A DNA stretch of 63,728 bases, filler included, from Rhabdomonas costata (taxonomy: Eukaryota): NCBI GenBank assembly GCA_019059605.1. It is 41 parts of 41 records of this genome, joined end to end, with 100 filler letters (N's around TTAATTAATTAA, not from the genome) between each part and the next. Parts side by side here need not be neighbours in the genome. Positions count along the whole stretch, not along the records: positions 24,912 to 26,365 come from JAHMHO010015473.1; positions 26,466 to 27,921 come from JAHMHO010015474.1; positions 28,022 to 29,477 come from JAHMHO010015475.1; positions 29,578 to 31,033 come from JAHMHO010015476.1; positions 31,134 to 32,590 come from JAHMHO010015477.1; positions 32,691 to 34,147 come from JAHMHO010015478.1; positions 34,248 to 35,703 come from JAHMHO010015479.1; 34 more parts are not named here. One strand, given 5' to 3'. The translations under genes and the position numbers were made by a program. Shown here piece after piece: positions 24,912 through 35,211 of the stretch. Within the stretch, counting starts at the first letter, position 1. The number at the start of each line of letters is the position of its first letter. The notes below the pieces were generated by a model. It worked only from the letters and a program-made list of their open reading frames with translations, was not told the DNA's origin and ran no database searches.

Positions 24912-25560
24912 GAGGTCGACGTACTCCATCTGCTCCCGAGTCAGAGCGGTGTCACCCAGCAGGGTACAGCACGACAGCAGAGCGTTCAAAGGAGTCCGAA
25001 CCTGCATCCGCCAATTGTGTCCCTTCTGTGTTGGACTAGACATGCCGTGGTGTTACAGGGGGAGGGGGCGTGGTGTGATGTTGATGAAGCCGAGCGCGGA
25101 CATACTCGGCAGAGCGTCCTACCGTCTCTGAAATCAGTACCCACGCGAGCTTCCAACCCAGAGGGTGCGAGTGTGACCATGCTCAACCGCGAAGCAATTC
25201 GTTCGTTCGTTCAAGGGCCTCAATGGTCTCGGGGGAGCTGTTCGGGTGCAAGCACTGCATCGATGGGCAGACTCACGGGCACAAACCTCGTGGGCAAGGT
25301 TGGCCACACAGCTGGACTTCTCGCGGAGCTCCCCAACCTGAGACCGCAGCACGCAGCTCTCTTCCCGAAACCGGCCGCTTTCTGCGCCCATCTGGCCAAG
25401 TAAACTCAGCAGGTGCTTCAGGTCATCCCTGGACCTCAGGGCAACCATCGACACCACCAGGGTCCCGAAAGCAGGGAGCAGAAACCCGCAGACGATAGAC
25501 CTGCAGAGGCGAAAGAAGGGCTCTCTCGCGAGCTTCATGACCGAGACTGGAATGAAGGGA
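24912..25560 (-). CDS. Membrane sensor histidine kinase (TM, coiled coil, HisKA); exons 25287-25560 and 24912-25001
   Basis: Spliced product reads ...IVCGFLLPAFGTLVVSMVAL...KSSCVANLAHE|VRTPLNALLSCCTLLGDTALTREQMEYVDL, a classic H-box of hybrid kinases. Intron 25002-25286 is GT-AG. Confidence 0.9.
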
Positions 25561-26575
25561 CTGCAAAACATGGCCCACATTTAGGCAACCAGAGACTCGG
25601 AGCGACAGCTGCAGACTCGCCTTCGTGCCTCGCGCACGTTAGTCTGCCAGATGGAGCAATTGTCTTCGTGTAACATCCCGCGTGGTTTGGTGACATGTAC
25701 TCTGCAATCTGCAAAGTTCCGTCAAATTCGGATATTAGCTTGGACCTTCTACCCCCGAAACACGGGAGAACAGAAAGCTTCCAATAAAGGATGCCCCTTT
25801 AAATGCTACGTGAGACTGGGGACAATTGTATTTTGGGCAGGGGGTTTCCGGTTTGGGTTTCCAGGAGGTGGCAATACATAAGGGATTCGATTGTTTTTGG
25901 TGCGAAGGCCAGTTCGCGGCGCGGCCGGAGCGTGCGGATGGGATGGGACGTTCCATGGGGTGGGCGATGCTCCGTTTAGCGCTGCTGAATGTCCGAATCA
26001 GATACACTTTCTGGTATGTTTTTAATCACGCATTTTTTTGGGATGTTATTTTAAGGGCATGAGAGTTAGTTAAACTGTGTCAAATGCATATTCCACCAAA
26101 AATGGGGTTGCTATACTGTTTTTCTGCCCTAGACAGACATATTTTGATTTGAAGGGGTTAGGAAATTCATGACCAACCTGGTGGTGCTACAGGGCTACCG
26201 CAAATACATGCAGCAGTCAAAAGTCCCGCGGCGAAAACCAGGGAGATATCTGAAATCTTTAAAACAAGAAGTTTACAACACACCCAGGCAGGGGACCCAG
26301 TAAGTAACCAATTTTAGCCCGGCGACAAGGCATTCAAGACCTAAAAAAAGGGCGCCCCCCCACCCNNNNNNNNNNNNNNNNNNNNNNNNNNNNNNNNNNN
26401 NNNNNNNNNTTAATTAATTAANNNNNNNNNNNNNNNNNNNNNNNNNNNNNNNNNNNNNNNNNNNNTTTTGGGTTGGTTTCGCGCAACAGCCACCACCTTG
26501 GGGTCGCGCCGGGAGGCTGCGAGGTTGAGGATGAGCGCACAGGCTAACGTCCGCCGCCGCCATTTTTTTTAGAGT

Positions 26576-26655
26576 GGGCTAAGCCGAAGCAGGCCTGAAG
26601 CAGGTCTTTTACAGCACGCCTCCCGAAACGCTGCGTGGCCGGTCCGTGGGGTCAG
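26576..26655 (+). repeat. Dispersed ~80-bp repeat, copy 1
   Basis: Shares GGGCTAAGCCGAAGCAGGC and GCCTCCCGAAACGCTGCGTGGCCGGTCC with 38243-38320. Confidence 0.85.
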
Positions 26656-28021
26656 AATTTTAAGAATGGTGGTTAGTCTCGAGTTTCCACTCACGCGTGC
26701 GCAAGCGAAAAGAAGAGAGCAAGGAGACGTCCTCAGTCCTTGTGTCTCATCTAGTCTCGTCAGCACCAGCTGTGTGGTCGCGGGGGAGAGAACCACCTCC
26801 GCGGCCGTGAGTTGGGCGACTTCAAACGTGTTGCTCCCAATTGCTGCGGCCCTCACCGCGGCCGACAAGTTTGAGTCAAACTCTTGCTGACGAGCGTGGA
26901 TACCAACTGGCGTCGCTCCTGATCACCCCGAAGACATCGCACATCGTGGGGTGGCAAACCCCCCGGCCCTTGCTCAAGTTGTTGTGGCGCATTTTTAACC
27001 ACACCCCCTGGGTCAACCAGTTACGCTTGCCCATGTCTCGCGGAGTGCTTAGAGCAGGTTAAATTGTGGGAGGTCCGAGTTTTCGGCAATACTTCCTTAA
27101 GCGCTCCCACAAGCCCAGTGTTGGTGACGCCACACTGAGGAAGGACGTTCTGTTTGCCCGGTTGAAAAGACGCCTGCCTCGATTTTGTGATGTGAAGATG
27201 AGTTATTCGCAGCTCATCCGGCAACCGTTCGGGAAATGCTTGAGTTTGTGTAAATTCGAGAAAACAGGGGGAAGTGGGACAAACAGAAAAGGGGGGTGCC
27301 CCTGCGATGTTCAGTGATGTTCGCTGGTTGTTTTCTGCAGTGGTTCGCTTGTCCTGGTTGTCTCGACTTCTGTGTGGAGGGCGTGTCAGAGCCTGACCTG
27401 TTGAAGCCGCAAGAGGAAGAGAAGCTGCTGTGGCCGGCCCAGTGCACATGGGTTGTTGTGGGCAAAGCCCGACTGTTTCCAGACACCGCGGATGTAGGTG
27501 TTACAGATGCACGAATTGTTGGAAACGGTTTTGGTTGCGAGGAACAATGGAAGCCTTAGAAAGATATTTTTGTTTGGATGTCATCTTGTGAGAGGAGTAG
27601 TTGTGAGCAGAATTCGAGCGTGGCTTGTGTAAGGAAAGGCGACTGGAAAAAGGACCAGGAGCGACCTGTTTTTGAGGGGCAGGTTTGGCTGGGGAAACAA
27701 ACCCAACAAAGGCCTGGCCATCCACGGGTTGTAGCCCAGTGGGTAAGCCCCATATCCATACCCCTAAGAGCAACGAACTGAACTCAAAATCCGATTTCAC
27801 TAATATTCATCAAGTTATTAGAAACAAAAATTTCCACTTTCCAGCTTACCAGTAGTGTTCATTCCTTCGTCCCTCTTTATTCTTCTTACAAAAATGCGGC
27901 ACCTGGATGCCCACCCAACAANNNNNNNNNNNNNNNNNNNNNNNNNNNNNNNNNNNNNNNNNNNNTTAATTAATTAANNNNNNNNNNNNNNNNNNNNNNN
28001 NNNNNNNNNNNNNNNNNNNNN

Positions 28022-29477
28022 GTGTGGGTGTCGACGTGGGAGACACACTGGGCTCGAGCCGTGGAATGGGAGGAGGCCCCTGGGCTTGGCGACCAGTTGC
28101 TTGCCCAGCCTGGCTTCGTGGTGGAACCTAGCTCTGGTCCTGCCGCGGCCGCCCGAGAGGCGGAGGTGGTGCGAATGCAGCGGGCCAACCAGACTGTCCT
28201 GGAAGCGATGTTCTCCGCAACTCCGGCGGAGCGTGCCGGCCTGGAGCGGCAGTTTCAGCACAACAAGGCTCTTCTGTCTAGGCTGCAGAAGGCGAGGGTG
28301 GTGGACTTTTTTCGGGCTGAGGCAGGACAGACCGACATGCAGAGGCTTCGGGTTTTCCTCCTGGAGCAGGAGGTGTGCTGCACCATGACCGACTCGCAGC
28401 TGTCCGAGGAGGTTATCCCCTTGCTGCTAAACATCCTGGCGTTGCCACCGGAGCCCTTCTACTCCGTAGAAGGCAAGCTCCCCACCCCGGAGACCAGCCA
28501 CCGGTTGCTCTGCCGTGGCGTGCTGAACATTTGTGAGCTTTTGTTGGGCGACATTGCCCTGGACATCCCTGCCGTGCTGGAGGCGGACACCCGTCGCCTG
28601 GCTTCCAGTACTCGGGGAATGGCGCGCCCTGGTCGCGGGTTCGCCCCCGAGCACCACACTGTGACGTGGGAGCCCATGCTGGACTTTTTGTCGCGGCTGT
28701 ACTCGCTGCTGTATGGCTCCCTTGTTCCGGATGGCAAGACCCGCTTTCGTCACCGTGCGGTGGTAAAGTATGTGATGACCCTGAGGGCGATGGCCAAGGC
28801 CAAACAGATACATGTAGAGAACGAGGTTGTTATATTGTTCCCTCCACTTCCTATTGCCGCTTCATACGGAACATAATTTTGCAGACTCGTTGTCAGAGGT
28901 GTTATTCTTTGACTTAGGGACGTGACGACAACGTCGAACGATCACACAAGCCTCGGGATTAATAAACGCTTTCCTGCAGCTGCTTTTGCGCCCACCAGTT
29001 TCATCCATAGCATCCAGAGCCTCGACAGCCTCCGTAAATGGTGCCATTTATTACTTAATTGGACAAAGGTTGTGCGTTGTTGTCTAGTACTCGGAAACTC
29101 CCACTGAACAGCCACCGCTATTGATGCTGACTGTGAAGTCTCCGGGAGCCTGCGGTGACTTATCGTCATTCCAGGAGCGATTCAAGCGCCTGTACGCCCA
29201 GCTGGCCCACTTTGTTATCCTCCCGGGCACCGAGCTGGAGGAGTCAGCCTCCGTGGAGCTTGCCCGGAGCCTGACCAAGTCCACTCGGCGGATGCTCCGC
29301 CGCCGCTTTCCCTCCATCGTGGCCGCTGAGGAGCCCGAGGCCGCCGCGCCCTCGCACCCTCGTCCACCACCCCCCCCACCCTCCACCGCTGTGGCTGCTG
29401 CCCCGGAGGAGCTTGAGGAAGACAACCTGGAGGCACTGCTTGGAATCTTGAAGCCCCGCCTGAAGGCACCACCACAC
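28022..29477 (+). CDS. Hypothetical helical protein, exons 28022-28824 and 29174-29477 (both truncated by contig ends)
   Basis: Long GC3-rich frame; phase-0 join HVENE|ERFKRLYAQLAHF across a GT...TTCCAG intron. Confidence 0.65.
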
Positions 29478-31134
29478 NNNNNNNNNNNNNNNNNNNNNNN
29501 NNNNNNNNNNNNNNNNNNNNNTTAATTAATTAANNNNNNNNNNNNNNNNNNNNNNNNNNNNNNNNNNNNNNNNNNNNGGGGTTTGTTCAGACGACGCTGG
29601 GGTCCTCCTGTGCTCTGGTGGAAACTTAGACAGGCTGCTCAAAAAGGGTCCAAGAGATGTGTCGTTCTATTAAGAAGATGAGCTTCGCTTTGCAGGAAGG
29701 ATTCTGTTTTGTATAAAGTTGAATTTCGCTCGATGGGGATCTCTTTGTACGAAAATCAGTCCCCTGTTTTAACGTGAAGGCAAAACAGCCACGGCGTGTA
29801 TTGCATACCCGCTGGAACGGAGGCGAGAAACCTTGAACTCGGTGGATGCCCCCCACGTTGTTCCGTTTTGCTTCCTTTTCCTCGAGCCAGTCCCACTCTC
29901 CAGCAGCCCATACAGGCAGCACCACAGCCCACCCCTAAGCGCAACCATCGAAGCGCTTTTCGGATGGCGCCCTTTGCCGGGTAGGCGGGAGGGCGAGCCG
30001 ACCCGCAGCTTTTGCGGTGTGAAGGAAAGGAGGTGCAGCAGCGCCCGCTGCCGCCCACACTGACCCCACAGCCGCAGAGACCACTCAGTTCCCCTCACCT
30101 GAAAGTGGTCGGAGACGAAAAGGGCGCCTGAGAAAGCCGGCTTTTGAATATTGCGCGTCATAAGTGTTGTGAGCTTTCCCACAACGGCTCAAACAATGCA
30201 AATAACGACTAAAACGAGCGGTTGCGTGCATGCGATTTGCGGTGCGGATTGGAGGTGGGGAAAACCGGCGCCAACACAGTAGGCTGGGTGGCGAAAAAGA
30301 GCACCGATCCAGAAGGTGTCAAGGTTTTTCCACAGCAGCAGCCCTATAGGGTTCAACGATCGCGCGCCAACCATATCGACACGTCGAGAGGAGCCACACA
30401 CCTTCTCCAGAGAGAAGGACTGTACCCCTGCCAGCCGCGGGCCCACCGCGCTGCATCTACCCTCCACATATTCACTCGCAGCTTCCACGCAGACCTCACA
30501 GACATCGACGAGACTCACCAGCGGAACCTCTTCGCCTGCTGCAGCCCGTGCGATGACTGGTGCCCGTGAGATGGGCTCAGCCTCAGGTCCATCCGCTGGG
30601 TGAACCACGGTGAGAGCAGACTCAGTCCGGGATACCCAATGCCACTCCGAGCTGACTAAAGCATCTACCCTGCACCGGTTCTGCCCCTCGCCGGGCAGTT
30701 CGGCGTCAGAGCAGCGTCGCTGAAGTGCTGACAATGTGCACACCTCGCGCCGCGGCGCGGCGCTTACCACACCACATTTGCAGAGCTGCGGGCAGCGGCC
30801 AGTGGTGTGCTGGCTGTGGAGCAAGCTCTGCCTCCACTGCGCCCCAAGCCCACGGCGGAGGTTCGCCAGCTGAGTGTAAAGCAGCTCGACAGAGTCCACT
30901 TCAGCTGAGGGGGTATTCACGGAACACGGCGTGGACGCGACAAGGGATACTTGGGAGGCGTGTGGTGCTCGGCTGGCAACTCGCCGTTTGCGCCGCGGGC
31001 GGCGTGCCATTGTGTGCACCACACACCACCAACNNNNNNNNNNNNNNNNNNNNNNNNNNNNNNNNNNNNNNNNNNNNTTAATTAATTAANNNNNNNNNNN
31101 NNNNNNNNNNNNNNNNNNNNNNNNNNNNNNNNNG

Positions 31135-31545
31135 GGGGGTTGTGTTGTGGTGTCACTATGTGTGGTATTGTGAAGCGTATCCTGTTGTTTTAGTGTATTT
31201 TGTGTGCCTTTTGTAGCTGTGCAGCAGGCCAGGTCATCTGTGGTAGTGTGGGTAGTAGGAGTTGGAGGACAGGTGTGCATTGTGTGCGATGATGGTTCAT
31301 GATGTGTGCTCAATCACAGTGCTGATATGTTGTTTGAGCTCTGGATGAGTGGTGAAGAGTGCAGTGGACCCACGGCCGTCGTGTGAGTGTCATCATTAGC
31401 AGTGATGATTTGTGACAGGTTGGTGTTGCTGCCATGCCTTGGCTCAATCATGGTGGCTACTTCTACTGCTGATGGTAGATACGCTGGTTGTGGTGACGAG
31501 GTGTGATATTTTATCTGTTTGGCATCACATTCCTTCCTCTGATGT
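31135..31545 (+). pseudogene. cox2: Degenerate cox2-like sequence (mitochondrion-derived)
   Basis: The frame has only TGA stops. CDRLVLLPCLGSIMVATSTAD is in register with VDNRVVLPVNTHIRVLVTAAD, and ICLASHSFL resembles the CuA motif ICGANHSFM. The VIHSW...PG segment is missing. Confidence 0.5.
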
Positions 31546-31559
31546 CGGTGTGATGGCGA

Positions 31560-32125
31560 TAAGGTGTGCATAGTACAAAACCAAGGAAAGCACAATCAAG
31601 TCAGAATGAACGCCTTAGAAACCGAAGAACCATCATAGATTGGCGCACCAAACAAGCAAACCGGTATACTCCACAACGCAACAAAAAGTCCAACACAGTT
31701 CCCAACTAAAGCACCATATAAAAGTTAGCCACAGCAAACTACGTATCATTCAAAATGTCCAATGAAAGAAAGACAACACCAATCCAAGAAATTCACAAGA
31801 AATAAAGCACACAAAGAAAGCCACACAGGATAAGAACCAATAGGAAAATAAAGAGAATCCAACTAGAAGAGAGCATTTAAGGAAGTCGGAATCGACACAG
31901 AATTCACGGAACCAAACTAGCACAACAATTCAGATCCAACAGCACCACTGTGTGATGAGCCCATAAGCAGAAACAGACGTAGCAGACGTACAGTACAACA
32001 TACCATCACTACCAAACACGTCACACAAATAACCAGAAACAAGAGACCAAACTTGCACAGAAATGTTACTCAAATATGACGCCCACATCAAACTGTAGCT
32101 AGTTGATATCCACTAACAACGAATA
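31560..32125 (-). pseudogene. cox1: Degenerate, frameshifted cox1-like sequence (mitochondrion-derived)
   Basis: Colinear motifs spread over three frames: VFGSDGMLY (IFGYLGMVY), LWAHH..LDL, FGSV...IPTSL, SWI, LDILNDT*FAVANFYMVL*LGTV ([24 protein letters not shown]), MHTL. Confidence 0.7.
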
Positions 32126-33765
32126 CAATATAACCACGCACGCACACAAGAAACAGATCCGTTGCAACACACAGAACATCACAATCAAGCTAAACCAGAA
32201 GATGCTACAAAGTCCAACCATAGCACAAAAACACCCGAGCCAACGGCACACACTCTTCTTGTAACCAGTTGTCTGCCGCTGCTTTCATTGGAGGTTTTCA
32301 ACCGCTTTTAGGCCACTTATGAGCTTTCCTGGTATTTCTTGTGTGCTCCTAAAAGAGCAATCTTATCTCAAGTCAGGCGTGAGATGTAAACTGATATTTA
32401 CATAGGCAGTGGGCGAGTGTAGTGTGTAATGTAGTTTATCTTGGCATGCAACGTTGTGTACGTGCAATTTTGGTCTTTTCAACTCCACAAAATCTTATAT
32501 AATTACGCTTTCATTATGAACAACTTGACATACTTACGGCTTGGGACTCTACCCACAAGTATCATGGTCCTCAATTGTACAAAAACAACANNNNNNNNNN
32601 NNNNNNNNNNNNNNNNNNNNNNNNNNNNNNNNNNTTAATTAATTAANNNNNNNNNNNNNNNNNNNNNNNNNNNNNNNNNNNNNNNNNNNNGGGTGTGGGT
32701 TGTGTCGCCTTTGTCACACTCCACTGTCTTGAGGGAACACTTACGTGGCTCCTACCTTTAGAGGATGTGATGCCTCTGGATCCTGCTAGCGTTGGACTGT
32801 ATTCAGACCTTGTTTGCACAAGGTGGGCGCTGCCTCAAATTACCTAGGTGACTCGCACCTAGACCGTGGCTTCCATTCCTCACTTCCCATGGGTCGCTGC
32901 GGAGCTGCTTTCATCGAGTGTCGCCTTTCTGAAATGTGGTTGGCGCCGATCACTTGCCTTCACCAATCCGGTTTGGAATCAGGAAACCTTTTGTGGCACA
33001 GCTTCTGCAAATGACGTGGGGTGGTGAGATGCACGTGTGGCTCTGGAGGGCTGCTCTGGACACAGGTGGGGTCGAATTGTCGGGCCTTATGGCTCACACC
33101 TGGGTTTTTGGAGGGGTTCCGCTGGGCGTATCTCGCCGCTTATGCCTTTACACGATCTCCCAACCAAAGAAAAGGATGTGGAATGGGCACACCACTGAAC
33201 ACACACTGTCCTGTGTAACTCTGCGGTGTTCCCACCCCACACGCTCTGCAAAACCACCGCCATCTGTACCCTCTGCAGGGACCTCCTGGTCTCCGCTCTG
33301 CTTTGGCCTGCGACTCTGCTTTGGTTCTTTTATGGCACCTCTGTAACAACAAAAGGCGAAAATAACGAGAAAAAACTCTTGAAAACAAACAACCAAACAA
33401 CGGTTTGGATTTATTCAACACCTAACGTAAATTTTGAAATCCTAGACAAAATAAGGTAACATCACCTTTCAAACTGACGCTGTGTAACACACCACACTGT
33501 CCGTCTTCTACGCCTTCATCCGCTGAGGCCTTTTCTGTGAAAATCTTATGAAATCCCGGCCTCCTCGTCTCTTTCACCTGTGAAAACTCTGGAAAACGCT
33601 GTGGATGAATCATTCTTTCTCTGAAAAACTCCGAAAAATTACCACATAAATCGCTGCAGTCGGGTCGTGTGCACGCACTTCCCTTCCATGCGGCCTCCCG
33701 TTGCCTGGCTATCTGTCTCACCAGGGGTCTTCCCCCAATGTAACTCTATTGGCCATACATCTCCC

Positions 33766-34140
33766 TCACCTGGCCCTAGTCTGCTAGGCTCTCTAGCCCA
33801 GCTGTGGATATGTAGATAGCATGACCTAGAACTTGTCCAGGAGCTGGCTCAAGAGAGACTGAGATTCGTCTACGCTCACCTTGTCGGCTCTCTGGAACCC
33901 CTATGAAACCTCTGGAACCTAGTCTCTGGAAACACACTTGATGTCCTGGCTGTCTACCTCTGGAATGAGGAACACCTTGGTGACCTGTACCGTTACACGC
34001 TCTCCTGCTAGGAAGTAGAACGTCCCAAGATACGTGCGACGGCCTATCACTCATGACGCTCCAGCTGTGAAAAGTCACCTGTGTAAAATCGTACTCTAGA
34101 ACATCTCTGCATCAGATATCCTTCAAATCACTTTACAACA
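33766..34140 (-). pseudogene. Stop-riddled but frame-intact coding remnant, weakly MED18-like
   Basis: A single frame reads YLGTFYFLAGERVTVQVTKVFLIPEVDSQDIKCVSRD*VPEVS*GFQRADKVSVDESQSLLSQLLDKF*VMLSTYPQL, with TAG/TGA stops but no TAA and no indels. Confidence 0.4.
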
Positions 34141-34575
34141 CAACACCNNNNNNNNNNNNNNNNNNNNNNNNNNNNNNNNNNNNNNNNNNNNTTAATTAAT
34201 TAANNNNNNNNNNNNNNNNNNNNNNNNNNNNNNNNNNNNNNNNNNNNAAGTAGAATAAAGCGAACCGGAAGGGCAACTAACAAAAATGAGAGTCAACGCT
34301 ACACAATGAGAACTTACTCTCCGGAACGATTGCTTTTTATTTGACTTTTTCACCGTTGTAAAAAGACCCATTCATACCCAAAACGTACTTTCTTCTGGAA
34401 GAAGATAAAAAACCACGGCAACCCGGGCGAAATCCCGAAAGTGAAGCCACGATACATTGGCACCAGTGTGAACAGAAAAAGATAAGATACCATCACATCA
34501 GCAATCACCGGTCCCCCTCAACCGCACGATCGACAGTTCTCCGCTACGACTGATGCGCAGTCGGGGCTGCTATTC

Positions 34576-34665
34576 CCGCATCTCAAAAGGGTTTTGTTTC
34601 AGAGCTCCCTCCATACCTCGTAAGGAAGGCACTTACGGAAGGAGCCGTCATTCTCCAATGAGCGC
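34576..34665 (-). promoter_or_regulatory. Eukaryotic SECIS element (type II) in the msrB 3' UTR
   Basis: AUGAC (34651) - GGCUCCUUCCGU - AA (34634-34633) - ministem GCCUU/GAGGU - AUGGAGGGAGCU - C-UGAA (34598). Helix II has 12 bp, all Watson-Crick or GU. Confidence 0.85.
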
Positions 34666-34869
34666 AGAAAGTCAGCCCCAGTGGCGAGAGAAGTAGAGAA
34701 AAGCAAAAACTACTGGGGAGGTAGGAAAGCGGGCAGCTATCCCATAACCTCACCACACACACACACACACACACACACCTTGTAACTACTACGTCCTCAC
34801 AAACCAATCCGTTCCTTCACAACACACATTGCAGCGCAGCAGTGCCCACCAACCATCCGCCAGAGCAGC

Positions 34870-35211
34870 TTAGTACTGCTCCGGCTTCAGGTCGAGAGCA
34901 CAGCCATTGATTCAGTGTCTGATTCCCGTCGGGTTTTCCGGTGCCGGAAACACGTGCCCCAAGTGTCCGTGACACGCCGCACAGACCACTTCAAAGGCAC
35001 CCCCGCCGACATCTTTCGCCAGCACTGCCCCAGGGAGGGCGTCCTGGAAGGTGGGCCATCCCGAGCCGTCGACGTACTTCGCGTCGGAGGGGTACAGGGG
35101 GCTACCGCAGCCCTTGCAGCAGTAGGTTCCTTTGTCTTCGGTGTAGATGTACGGGTGGGTTCCAGGCATCTCGGTGCCCTCCCGACGAAGGACGAAGTAC
35201 GACTGTTTGTC
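34870..35211 (-). CDS. msrB: Methionine-R-sulfoxide reductase B, selenoprotein form (terminal exon; UGA 34912-34914 = Sec)
   Basis: GTE, CKGC and CAAC zinc pairs, GSGWPTF, HLGHVF, then RH-UGA-INGCALDLKPEQY-TAA, aligning with the catalytic RxCIN motif. TTGCAG acceptor at 35212. Confidence 0.93.

Noticed and set aside
30189-31022. 277-aa ORF
   Set aside because: GC-rich with several overlapping open frames, no motif and no clear splice pattern; cannot be called.
31615-32112. 166-codon minus frame open if TGA=Trp (cox3/nad5-like by eye)
   Set aside because: Colinear cox1 motifs across other frames explain the region better; the strand is A-poor, so stops are rare.
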